A DNA stretch of 45,981 nucleotides from an uncultured Candidatus Peribacteria bacterium (GTDB taxonomy: Bacteria > Patescibacteriota > Gracilibacteria > Peribacterales > Peribacteraceae), in assembly GCA_964515645.1 (NCBI GenBank), contig CAZEVM010000005.1:1-45981 (forward strand). Reading direction: 5' to 3'. The position numbers and the translations under genes are program-made. Below, piece by piece: positions 17,321 to 25,363 of this stretch. The notes below the pieces were generated by a model. It did no database searches. It was not told the DNA's origin and saw only the letters and a list, made by a program, of their open reading frames with translations. Within the stretch, counting starts at the first letter, position 1; every line of letters begins with the position of its first letter.

Positions 17321-18214
17321 TTAGTTGGAAGCGCGGACGCGGAGGATCTTGGTCTCGCCGTTGAACTTCAATTTGCGCTCGCCCGCGGTGGCGTTGGCCG
17401 TCACCTCGACGGTGATCTTCTCCTCGCCCGCGGCACGCGTGAGCTTGAGGCCGTTGATGATCACCGAACCAGCCGTGCTGCCAGCCAGCTTGCCGGCCTG
17501 GCCTTCCACCGAGACGTCGGCCGAGAAGGGCACGTTTACGGTGCGCTTGTCATTACGGTTAAGTTCTTCGTTCTCGCCGAGCGCACGCACCTCCGGCACG
17601 GCCGGGGGAGGTGTGTTGGGCGTTGTTTCCGTGGCAGGGGCCTGCGGAGCGACCGTGAGGGCGATGGTCTTCGCCTTATTCACCACTTCGGCCAGCGTGA
17701 TGTTCGTGTTCGTACCGATGGCGGCGCCGAGCTGCGCGAAGAAGCGACTCATCACCGGACCGTTGCCGGCCGTCTGGCGCACGCGGTCAATCTCACCCGC
17801 CAGCTGCGTGAGCAGGGCGCGATCCTCGCTACGCGTGGCGTCGACCCAACCCGTCAGGTTGCCGGGCAGCATGCGATTATTCGCGTGGTTCGGGACCATG
17901 CGGTTCAGCTGCGTGGCGAGCGCCTCGGGACTCTTGGAGAGCATGCCCATCAGAGCGCGAATCGGCTCCGGGAACATCGGCATCTGGCCGAGACTCTCCA
18001 GCTGCAGCGAACCATAACGACCCACTGCTTTTGACACTTCGCCGAGCAGACGGGTAAAGGCCTCCGTCGCACGGTTCACCTGCTCACCAAAGTTGTTCAG
18101 CTGCAGGTTCGTACCGCGGAGCACATCAGGGCGAGTGCGCGGCGTGACACTCAGACTATCCGGCCGACTCTGCGGCAAACCATCCGGACCAACATTGGGG
18201 GAGACAACGTTCAT
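17321..18214 (-). CDS. hypothetical protein, first gene of the orphan trio (297 aa from ATG 18214)
   Basis: ATG 18214 (MNVVSPNVGPDG...) lies downstream of a TGgTATAAT promoter that falls inside the longer TTG-initiated track ORF. It has a helical N-part, a TTPNTPPPAVP linker and a beta-rich C-terminus. I recognise no family. Confidence 0.75.
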   Translation of the reverse strand: MNVVSPNVGPDGLPQSRPDSLSVTPRTRPDVLRGTNLQLNNFGEQVNRATEAFTRLLGEVSKAVGRYGSLQLESLGQMPMFPEPIRALMGMLSKSPEALATQLNRMVPNHANNRMLPGNLTGWVDATRSEDRALLTQLAGEIDRVRQTAGNGPVMSRFFAQLGAAIGTNTNITLAEVVNKAKTIALTVAPQAPATETTPNTPPPAVPEVRALGENEELNRNDKRTVNVPFSADVSVEGQAGKLAGSTAGSVIINGLKLTRAAGEEKITVEVTANATAGERKLKFNGETKILRVRASN

Positions 18215-18244
18215 AGGGTGGGTTTTGTGTGGAAATTTCTCACC

Positions 18245-18274
18245 ATTATACCACGAGAGCACCCTCCGGGGCAA
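18245..18274 (-). promoter_or_regulatory. promoter of the orphan trio: TTGCCC-N18-TGgTATAAT
   Basis: On the minus strand there is a perfect TATAAT (18250-18245) with an extended TG, and TTGCCC at 18274-18269. About 30 nt of leader follow, containing CCACACAAAACCCACCCT. Confidence 0.6.
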
Positions 18275-18348
18275 CGGGCAGCCCAGAGTGCGTGCCAAGG
18301 CAAAGAACGGCTGGTAGAGTGACAAATTGCTTCTTTTCCCCCTCTTCT

Positions 18349-18729
18349 ATGAACGTCCAACACTTCGAGAAAGGGATCGTCTACAGCAACGCGGAGCTTC
18401 TGCTCCTCACGCGGAAGATCGGCAAATTGGCCACATACTGTGAGCGATTGAAAGACGAAGCTTCAGGCATCCGAGTTGAAGCCGAACACCGCCCCACCGA
18501 GAAGGAGCGCGACAGTGTAAAGGTGATGATCAACGTGACCCTGCCCCGTATGGTGCTACGCGCCGAGTCTCGCCGTGCTCGCGCCATCGAAGCGGTGGAC
18601 CGCTGCATTGAGAAACTCGAGCCACAGATTAAGCGCTACAAAGAGATGCAGACCGGCCGCGACAGCGCCCATCGCGCCGCCAGGCGTCAGGCGCAGCCCA
18701 TGGAAATGGAACCGGAGTTGGTCGCTTAA
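18349..18729 (+). CDS. hpf: ribosome hibernation promoting factor / RaiA family
   Basis: MNVQHFEKGIVYSNAELLLLTRKIGKL...VKVMINVTLPRMVLRAESRRARAIEAVDRCIEKLEPQIKRYKEM matches the YfiA/HPF beta-alpha-beta-beta-beta-alpha pattern. The start was set to ATG 18349. Confidence 0.8.
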   Translation: MNVQHFEKGIVYSNAELLLLTRKIGKLATYCERLKDEASGIRVEAEHRPTEKERDSVKVMINVTLPRMVLRAESRRARAIEAVDRCIEKLEPQIKRYKEMQTGRDSAHRAARRQAQPMEMEPELVA

Positions 18730-18747
18730 GAACACACCAAAAAGAAT

Positions 18748-18785
18748 CCCCTCCTCTCGACCAGCGGCGGCTGGGAGAGGAGGGG
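18748..18785 (+). terminator. long GC-rich hairpin after hpf (terminator-like, no U-tract)
   Basis: CCCCTCCTCTC-GA-CCAGC-GGCG-GCTGG-GAGAGGAGGGG, which gives 11+5 bp of pairing. Confidence 0.5.
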
Positions 18786-18954
18786 CGGTGAGGAAGGCAC
18801 CCATCCCCAAGGCGCACACCACGCCAAGGGCACCTAACCCTCACCAATATTGTTCCCACGCGGGCGTGGGATCGCGGTCATTGTAGGCCGTCGAAAATGA
18901 GAGTCAATCAATAGAACTGACATTATGGCAAATTTGACGAAAGATGGCTTCATC

Positions 18955-18983
18955 TTGAAAGAAAAACGGATTTAGGCCATACT
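18955..18983 (+). promoter_or_regulatory. candidate promoter TTGAAA-N17-CATACT, 6 nt before the trmD GTG
   Basis: TTGAAA at 18955-18960, a 17-nt spacer, CATACT at 18978-18983, then tcctcg and GTG 18990. Confidence 0.45.
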
Positions 18984-18989
18984 TCCTCG

Positions 18990-19652
18990 GTGCGCATCGA
19001 CGTCTTAAGTCTCTTTCCCGGCATGTTCCAAGGCCCGCTGTCGGAGAGCATTCTCAAGCGTGCCCGCGAGGCCGGCCACTTCACGCTCGCGCTCCACGAC
19101 ATCCGCGACCAAGGTAAGGGCACGCACCGCCAAGTGGATGACCGTCCGTACGGCGGCGGCGCCGGCATGCTGCTCATGGCCGAACCGGTCGTGGCCGCCA
19201 TCGAAGCGGCGACAGCCGCCAATACCGACACAAAGAAGAAACCCCACCGCATTTTCCTCACGCCGGGCGGCAAGCGCCTGACGCAATCGCGCGTGGAACG
19301 TCTCGCGAAGAAGCCGTGGCTCATGCTCCTCTGTGGACACTACGAAGGCATCGACCAGCGCGTGAAGGACCTGGGGTACATCGACGAGGAGATCTCCATC
19401 GGCGACTACGTCCTCACGGGCGGCGAGTTGCCCGCGATGGTGCTCATCGACGCCGTCGCCCGCCACCTGCCCGGCGTGCTCGGGCACGAGGACTCCGCCC
19501 ACGAAGAAAGCTTTTCCGCATCCCTCGGCCGCAAGCGCGAATACCCACACTACACCCGACCGGAGGTGTTCCGGGGCCTCAAAGTGCCTGACATCCTGCT
19601 CTCGGGCGATCACAAGAAGATCGCCGAGTGGCGCCTCAAGAACGCACGCTGA
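18990..19652 (+). CDS. trmD: tRNA (guanine37-N1)-methyltransferase
   Basis: [24 protein letters not shown] and [11 protein letters not shown] motifs; 220 aa. Confidence 0.92.
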   Translation: MRIDVLSLFPGMFQGPLSESILKRAREAGHFTLALHDIRDQGKGTHRQVDDRPYGGGAGMLLMAEPVVAAIEAATAANTDTKKKPHRIFLTPGGKRLTQSRVERLAKKPWLMLLCGHYEGIDQRVKDLGYIDEEISIGDYVLTGGELPAMVLIDAVARHLPGVLGHEDSAHEESFSASLGRKREYPHYTRPEVFRGLKVPDILLSGDHKKIAEWRLKNAR

Positions 19653-19921
19653 TGACGCTGGACGATCTCCGCCGCCGGCTCGTGAGCGACCGGCAGCTCA
19701 CGCTCGTCGTGCGCTGCCATCCGGGCGCAAAAGCCGCCAAGATCAATGACGAACTGATGGCCGACGACAGCCTGAAAATTTCCGTGCGCGCCAAGGCCGA
19801 AGACGGCCGCGCCAACGATGAGCTGCTCGCCCTGCTCGCCGAGGCTTTCGCCGGCGCGGAGGCCGTCCTACTCTCTGGTCAGACCTCGCGACGGAAGACC
19901 GTCCGACTCACGCTCGCATGA
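19652..19921 (+). CDS. DUF167 (YggU-like) protein
   Basis: The start ATG overlaps the trmD stop (TGATG). The pattern LKISVRAKAEDGRANDELLALLAEAF...SGQTSRRKTV is typical of UPF0235/DUF167. Confidence 0.7.
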   Translation: MTLDDLRRRLVSDRQLTLVVRCHPGAKAAKINDELMADDSLKISVRAKAEDGRANDELLALLAEAFAGAEAVLLSGQTSRRKTVRLTLA

Positions 19922-20649
19922 CCCAGCGCATCCCCGTCCTCGGCGCCCCGATCGATGCCGTCACCCCGGCCGAGGCGGTCGCGCGCCTGCGCGAGATGTT
20001 AGCCGGGAACGCGCAGAACCACGTCATGACGCCGAACAACGAGATGCTCGTGTATGCCGCAAGCCATCGCGATTTTCTCGCGCTCTTGAACCGCACCGCT
20101 CTGAACATTCCCGACAGCACGGGCGTGGTGTGGGCCATGCGCCGCGCGGGCGCGCCGCCTCAAGAGCGCGTGACGGGTGTGGACACAGTGCAGCGCCTCT
20201 GTGCCGAGCTCGACGAGAACACGCCCGTGTTTTTCCTCGGCGGCCGTGACGGCGTCGCCAACGAGGCCGCGAACATGCTCCGTCGTCGCAACCCCCACTT
20301 CGCCATCGCCGGCACGCACGAAGGCAGCCCCCGCCCTGAAGACGCCCCAGCCATCATCGCCGCCGTGAACGCGAGCGGGGCCAAGCTCTTACTCGTTGCC
20401 TACGGCGCGCCGAAGCAAGACGAATGGATCGACCACTACCTCACGCAAATGCCCGGTGTGCGCGTGGCCATGGGCATCGGCGGCACCTTCGACTTCATCG
20501 CCGGACGCATCAAGCGCGCGCCCCGACTGGTGCAGTCACTCAAGCTCGAATGGCTCTGGCGGCTCATCCAAGAGCCGTCGCGCTTCCCACGCATCTGGAA
20601 AGCCGTCGTCACGTTCCCACGCCTCGTCCGCTCAGAGCGTCGCGCCTGA
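19918..20649 (+). CDS. WecG/TagA/CpsF family glycosyltransferase
   Basis: ATGA overlap with the upstream gene. Supporting motifs are NIPDSTGVVWA, FFLGG, AYGAPKQDEWI, GIGGTFDFIAGRIKRAP and LEWLWRLIQEP. Confidence 0.85.
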   Translation: MTQRIPVLGAPIDAVTPAEAVARLREMLAGNAQNHVMTPNNEMLVYAASHRDFLALLNRTALNIPDSTGVVWAMRRAGAPPQERVTGVDTVQRLCAELDENTPVFFLGGRDGVANEAANMLRRRNPHFAIAGTHEGSPRPEDAPAIIAAVNASGAKLLLVAYGAPKQDEWIDHYLTQMPGVRVAMGIGGTFDFIAGRIKRAPRLVQSLKLEWLWRLIQEPSRFPRIWKAVVTFPRLVRSERRA

Positions 20650-20970
20650 CGCCGTCGGATGGAGCTCCTCGTACGAACCGACGACCCACTCGTTGCCCTT
20701 CTTCTCAAGGTGCACGAGCAGTTCGCCCTTGTTGCTGTCAGCCCAGTAGTCGCGCTCGTCACCCATGTCGCGCAGCAACTCGGTCTGCCCCAATTCCAAC
20801 TCTGGAAGGAGTAGGTAGATGCCGACGTCAGGCTTGTTGATGAGTGCAGCCTGAATGTTCACCATCGCCTTCCCGAGTAGGGCGGCGGCGGCCACGATGA
20901 GAATGCACGTGATCAGGCCCAGCACGATGCTGGTGCGCGGCTCCGGCTCATCGAAGTTGTAGTGCTGCAT
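20632..20970 (-). CDS. hypothetical single-pass membrane protein (112 aa)
   Basis: The start was set to ATG 20970, which lies 7 nt after TGcTATAAT (20986-20978). It has one N-terminal helix (SIVLGLITCILIVAAAALLG). The 3' end overlaps the convergent wecG-like gene by 18 nt. Confidence 0.6.
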   Translation of the reverse strand: MQHYNFDEPEPRTSIVLGLITCILIVAAAALLGKAMVNIQAALINKPDVGIYLLLPELELGQTELLRDMGDERDYWADSNKGELLVHLEKKGNEWVVGSYEELHPTASGATL

Positions 20971-21043
20971 TCCCCCCATTATAGCAGAAAAACCCCCCGC
21001 CGTTCCAGTGGTTGGAAGCGAGTCTGGACGCTAGGATGCCCGC

Positions 21044-22552
21044 ATGCCCCGTTTGTGTCTCATCATTATCGATGGCTTTGGAGTGGCCCCGGCCAGCCCG
21101 GGAAACGCCCGCACCCTCGCCACGCTCCCCACGATCTCGCGCCTTGAAAGGGAGGTGCCGAGTGTCATCATGCAAGCCTCCGGTGAGGCCGTCGGACTGC
21201 CGCCCGGACAACAGGGCGCCAGCGAACCAGGCCACCTCACCATCGGTGCCGGACGCATCGTCTGGCAGCCGCTCGCCGAGATCGACCGTGCCATCCGCTT
21301 AGGAGAATTTGAGAAGAACACCGTCCTCGCCTCCGCCTGCGAGCGCGCCGCCAAGAAGGGCGTACCGCTCCACCTCGTCGGCCTCTACTCGGTGGGCGGC
21401 GTGCACAGTTCGGCCGAGCACTTTCACGCCATGCTCCGCCTAGCCAAGACCAAGGGCGTGACGCAGGTCTTCCTTCACCTCTTCGGCGACGGCCGCGACG
21501 TAGGCGAGCAGCAGTTCTCCACCGACTTCCAATTGCTCCAGAAAGAGATCGACACCCAGAAGATCGGCGCCGTCGCCTCGCTCGTCGGCCGCTACTTCGG
21601 TATGGACCGCGACAAGCAGTACGCCGACCGCACCAAAGTGGCCTACGACCTGATCACCCAGGGCACCGGCACCGAGACGGACGACGTGCTGAAGAGCGTG
21701 AAGAACTGGTATCTCGAAGCCCCCGACGGCCAGAAGACCGACTATTACCTCCGCCCCCTCAAGACGCCCGCTTTCCATGCCATCGGTGCCGACGACGTCT
21801 GCGTCTGCGTGAACTTTCGCAGCGACCGCATGCTGCAGATGGTGGCCGCCCTAGAGGGCGAGGACTTCACGGAGTTCCCGCGCCCCATCCGCGTCACCGA
21901 CGTGGTCTGCATGGGTCCGTACTCCAACCATCTGCCAATCGCCTTCCCACCCGCCGAAGTGAAGAACACGCTCGGTGAGGTCATCTCCAAGGCAGGTCTC
22001 AAGCAGCTGCGCGTGGCCGAGACGGACAAGTTTGCCCACGTCACGTTCTTCTTCAATGCTCAGCAGCAGGAGCCCTACCCCGGCGAGGAGCGCCTACTCG
22101 TGGAATCACCGAAGGTTCCTAACTTCGCTGAGGCGCCACAGATGAGTGCCAATCAGCTGACCGACGAGGTGATCAAGAACGTGGAGCAGGAGACATACGA
22201 CATTATCATCATGAACTACGCCAACCCCGACCTAGTCGGCCACGGCGGCAAGATCTCGGCTGTCGTCGAAGGCTGCGAGACTGTTGATCGCAATCTCGCC
22301 AAACTGTTGCCGGTCCTGGAGAAGCACGGCTACGACTGGGTGATCACCGCTGATCATGGCAACGCCGAAGAGATGATCGTACCGGGCACCGAGACCATCA
22401 GCCCCAGTCACAGCGGCAACCCCATCCAGACCTTCGTGCACTCATCCGTGTTCCCGACCAGCGAGAGTTTGAAGGACAAGACCGGCCTCAAGGACATCGC
22501 CCCGCTCTGCCTCACCATCATGGGCCTGCCGGTGCCGCCCGACATGCGCTGA
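21044..22552 (+). CDS. gpmI: 2,3-bisphosphoglycerate-independent phosphoglycerate mutase
   Basis: IIIDGFGVAP, ASGEAVGLPPGQQGASEPGHLTIGAGRIVWQ, NPDLVGHGG and ITADHGNAE motifs. TAGGAT lies 6 nt before the ATG. Confidence 0.9.
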   Translation: MPRLCLIIIDGFGVAPASPGNARTLATLPTISRLEREVPSVIMQASGEAVGLPPGQQGASEPGHLTIGAGRIVWQPLAEIDRAIRLGEFEKNTVLASACERAAKKGVPLHLVGLYSVGGVHSSAEHFHAMLRLAKTKGVTQVFLHLFGDGRDVGEQQFSTDFQLLQKEIDTQKIGAVASLVGRYFGMDRDKQYADRTKVAYDLITQGTGTETDDVLKSVKNWYLEAPDGQKTDYYLRPLKTPAFHAIGADDVCVCVNFRSDRMLQMVAALEGEDFTEFPRPIRVTDVVCMGPYSNHLPIAFPPAEVKNTLGEVISKAGLKQLRVAETDKFAHVTFFFNAQQQEPYPGEERLLVESPKVPNFAEAPQMSANQLTDEVIKNVEQETYDIIIMNYANPDLVGHGGKISAVVEGCETVDRNLAKLLPVLEKHGYDWVITADHGNAEEMIVPGTETISPSHSGNPIQTFVHSSVFPTSESLKDKTGLKDIAPLCLTIMGLPVPPDMR

Positions 22553-22553
22553 C

Positions 22554-23276
22554 ATGGCCACTACCCCCGCCCCCGCCTCGCCCCGCGCGATCGCCGTCGT
22601 TCCCGACGGGCAACGCCGCTGGGCCCGTGCACATGGGAAATCTTTTCGCGAAGCCTACGAGATTGGCGCCGAGAACATTCGCCAGATCATCGGCATAGCC
22701 CGCGACGAGGGGGCTCAGCTCTTCTTCGTTTGGGGCGGCTCGGTGGAAAACCTGAAGGAGCGCCCGGCAGAAGAACTACTCGTGCTGCACCAGGTCTACG
22801 AGAAATTCCTGCGCCAGGTCCGCGACGAGTGGATGGACCAAACCGAGAATGCAAACTCGCGCTTCGTGCACATGGGCCGCGCTGAACTCTTGAACAACAC
22901 CGAGAGAGCACTCATTGTTGAGATCACGGAGGCAACCAAACACCGCACCGGCATGGTGGTGGCGCTCTGCTTGGGCTACAGCGGACTCGATGAACAGGAA
23001 CGAGCACTCACCGCCTGGAAGCTAAGCGGCCAACACGGTAACTGGAAAGACCACCTCGATCTCCCCCGCCAAGGCGTGCCGTGGCAGCCGATCGACTTGA
23101 TTATCCGCACTGGCGAGGGCGGCAACGAGATCGTGCACGACAATGAGTTCCTCCACGGCTACCGCAGCGAAACGCGCCTCTGCTTCCATACCGAATTCTT
23201 CCCTGATGTAACACCCGAAATGTTCAGAGCCGATCTCATTCGCTATCGCCAAGGAGAGCAGCGCCGCGGAGCGTGA
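22554..23276 (+). CDS. uppS: isoprenyl (undecaprenyl) diphosphate synthase family
   Basis: IAVVPDGQRRWA (the cis-prenyltransferase DGNRRWA-type motif), plus LIIRTGGE-like DLIIRTGEGGNE. The start lies 1 nt after the gpmI stop. Confidence 0.8.
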   Translation: MATTPAPASPRAIAVVPDGQRRWARAHGKSFREAYEIGAENIRQIIGIARDEGAQLFFVWGGSVENLKERPAEELLVLHQVYEKFLRQVRDEWMDQTENANSRFVHMGRAELLNNTERALIVEITEATKHRTGMVVALCLGYSGLDEQERALTAWKLSGQHGNWKDHLDLPRQGVPWQPIDLIIRTGEGGNEIVHDNEFLHGYRSETRLCFHTEFFPDVTPEMFRADLIRYRQGEQRRGA

Positions 23277-24724
23277 TCTGCTATTCTGCCCTCCTTATGG
23301 TAACCGCCACGCCGACCGGCCTCCCTGCCCTCCAAAGACTGCGCGAAAACCTCGCCGTGGTACTAGTGGCGCTGTTACCGCTGCACGCGCTCTTGGTGAC
23401 GGTGTTCACGCGCCTGATCGTGGGACCCAACCACGCCCCGCTCGCTTGGCTCGCCTTTTGGAAGGAAGCACTTCTCGTGGGCATCTTGGCGATCGCCGTG
23501 ACGGAGATAACGCAAACCTACCGCCGCGAGCGACACGTGCCGCGCTCCGACCTGCTCGACGCCCTGGTGGTGTCGCTCTTCGGCTTGGCCGTGCTCTCAG
23601 CCGCGCTCCTCGGCACGCCGCTCATGAAGCTGGCACTTGGCCTGCGCTACGACATCCTCGCCCCGCTCTCGTTCGTCATTCTCCGCAAAGTGCCATGGTC
23701 GGCCGGCGGTTGCGCCCGCCTCATCCGCGCCATCCTTTGGGTAGCCATCGGCGTGGCGGCCTTTGGCCTCATCGGCCTAATACTTCCACTCTCGGCCTTC
23801 GGCGCGCTCGGCTATGCCACCAACTTCCACTCGCTCTACCTGCCCGATTCGCCGCTGGCACCCTTCAGCCAGATCGGTGAGACGATGATCCGCCGCGCGC
23901 AGTCGAGCATGAGTGGCCCAAACCAACTCGGCATCTGGCTAGCCATCCCCATCGCCATCCTGCGGGCCCGCGCCACGCACCGCCGCTCAGTGCGCCGCAG
24001 TACCGGCGTCGCTGGCATCCTCTTCATTGCCGCGCTATTCGCCACTTTCTCGCGCACGGCCTGGATCGCCGTCACGGCCAGCCTGCTCGGCGCCGCGGCG
24101 GTGCAGTTGAGCAGCAAGACCATCCGCCGCTGGTTCGTACCGGTGGCCGCCAGCATCGCCGTCTTCTCCCTCATCGCCATCCTGGCCGCCCCCAAGGCCA
24201 TCGTCCGCATCTCCTCGTCGCGCGGACACTTTGAGAAGCCGCTCGAGGCCATCGCACGCATGACCGAGCACCCGTGGGGTGAAGGCCTCGCCAGCGCCGG
24301 CCCAGCCAGCAGTCGCTTCGCCGATGCGTGCGTAGTCCTGCGCCCCGAGGACGATCCGTCGTGGGCCAAGGCCCAGCCCGAACTCTGCGTCTTCTTAGGC
24401 GACAAGCAGGTACAACCGGAGGACCGCCTCTGCCACTGCCCGTTCCATCCGGAGAACTGGTACCTGCAACTCGGCGTCGAACTCGGTTGGCTCGGCCTCC
24501 TCCTCTGGGTGGCCATCATCGGTCTCACGCTCCGCCGCCTCCTGCCACTCACCCTCTCGCGTGAGCCTGTCGGCACCGCAGCCGCCGTGGCCCAGCTCGC
24601 CATGGCGGTAGCCAGTCTCTTCCTTCATGCCTGGGAAGATGCCGCCGTCGCCTTCACCATCTGGATCCTGACCGCGATTGCCCTCCAAAAAGACGAGCAT
24701 TCTGGATCAAAAGTCCACTCTTAA
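23273..24724 (+). CDS. O-antigen ligase-like (Wzy_C) polytopic membrane protein
   Basis: It has more than 10 hydrophobic helices and the FATFSRTAWIAV loop motif typical of O-antigen ligase/polymerase families. GTGA overlap with uppS. Confidence 0.7.
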   Translation: MICYSALLMVTATPTGLPALQRLRENLAVVLVALLPLHALLVTVFTRLIVGPNHAPLAWLAFWKEALLVGILAIAVTEITQTYRRERHVPRSDLLDALVVSLFGLAVLSAALLGTPLMKLALGLRYDILAPLSFVILRKVPWSAGGCARLIRAILWVAIGVAAFGLIGLILPLSAFGALGYATNFHSLYLPDSPLAPFSQIGETMIRRAQSSMSGPNQLGIWLAIPIAILRARATHRRSVRRSTGVAGILFIAALFATFSRTAWIAVTASLLGAAAVQLSSKTIRRWFVPVAASIAVFSLIAILAAPKAIVRISSSRGHFEKPLEAIARMTEHPWGEGLASAGPASSRFADACVVLRPEDDPSWAKAQPELCVFLGDKQVQPEDRLCHCPFHPENWYLQLGVELGWLGLLLWVAIIGLTLRRLLPLTLSREPVGTAAAVAQLAMAVASLFLHAWEDAAVAFTIWILTAIALQKDEHSGSKVHS

Positions 24725-24756
24725 GGGAGAAAAGGGGCTATACTGCGGCCCCGCGT

Positions 24757-25326
24757 ATGGAAAACCAGGCCATCGATGACGGGCGGCTCAAAGCCCTCGT
24801 CCGGCAGGCACAGCAAGGCGACACCGCCGCCTTCGGCGAGGTGTACGACCTCTGCTTCAGCGCCGTCTACCGCTACGCCGCATTCCGCTTGCCGCAGGAG
24901 GTAGCCGAGGACGTAACGGCCGACATCTTCGTGAAAGCCTGGGAGAAGCTAAACAGCTACAAGCCCCAGCCACACGTGCCGTTCTTGGCGTGGCTCTTCC
25001 AGATTGCACGCCGTTCGGTGATCGACGTCTACCGCCGCGACCGCCATTTTGAAGAAATGCCCGAAGACGTTCCCGACGAGGACGAACTCAACCGCGCCGA
25101 CACCGCCCTTCAGCGCAAGGCCACCATCCAGACGGTACGTACGGCCGTCGACCAGCTGCCCACCCGCTACCGCGACGTGCTGCTGCTGTCGTATGTCGGC
25201 AACCTACCCGGCAGCGCTGTCGCCCAGATTCTGCACACCACCGAGGGCGGCGTGCGCGTACTGAAGATGCGGGCCCTGCGGAAACTTGAGGGCCTTTTGC
25301 CCCCAGAAATCGACCCGCGAACGTAA
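24757..25326 (+). CDS. ECF-type RNA polymerase sigma-70 factor
   Basis: Region 2 (FGEVYDLCFSAVYRYAAFRL...EDVTADIFVKAWEKL) and region 4 HTH (LPGSAVAQILHTTEGGVRVLKMRALRKL). TATACT lies 12 nt upstream. Confidence 0.88.
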   Translation: MENQAIDDGRLKALVRQAQQGDTAAFGEVYDLCFSAVYRYAAFRLPQEVAEDVTADIFVKAWEKLNSYKPQPHVPFLAWLFQIARRSVIDVYRRDRHFEEMPEDVPDEDELNRADTALQRKATIQTVRTAVDQLPTRYRDVLLLSYVGNLPGSAVAQILHTTEGGVRVLKMRALRKLEGLLPPEIDPRT

Positions 25327-25363
25327 CATCCGCTCCTTTTTGCCGTTTGTATCAGCGACAACC

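Noticed and set aside
16139-18034. 631-aa plus-strand ORF opposite the orphan trio. A similar case is the 366-aa ORF at 14692-15792.
   Set aside because: The products are extremely Arg/Gly/His/Asp-rich and low in complexity. This is typical of antisense shadow ORFs in GC-rich DNA. The minus-strand genes have ordinary composition, tight operon spacing and a promoter.
18786-18850. Possible small SRP (4.5S) RNA because of GGTGAGGAAGGCACC.
   Set aside because: I could not find the conserved domain IV pattern (asymmetric loops flanking a GNRA-capped helix with AGCA/GGAA elements). It is kept only as an unexplained structured region.
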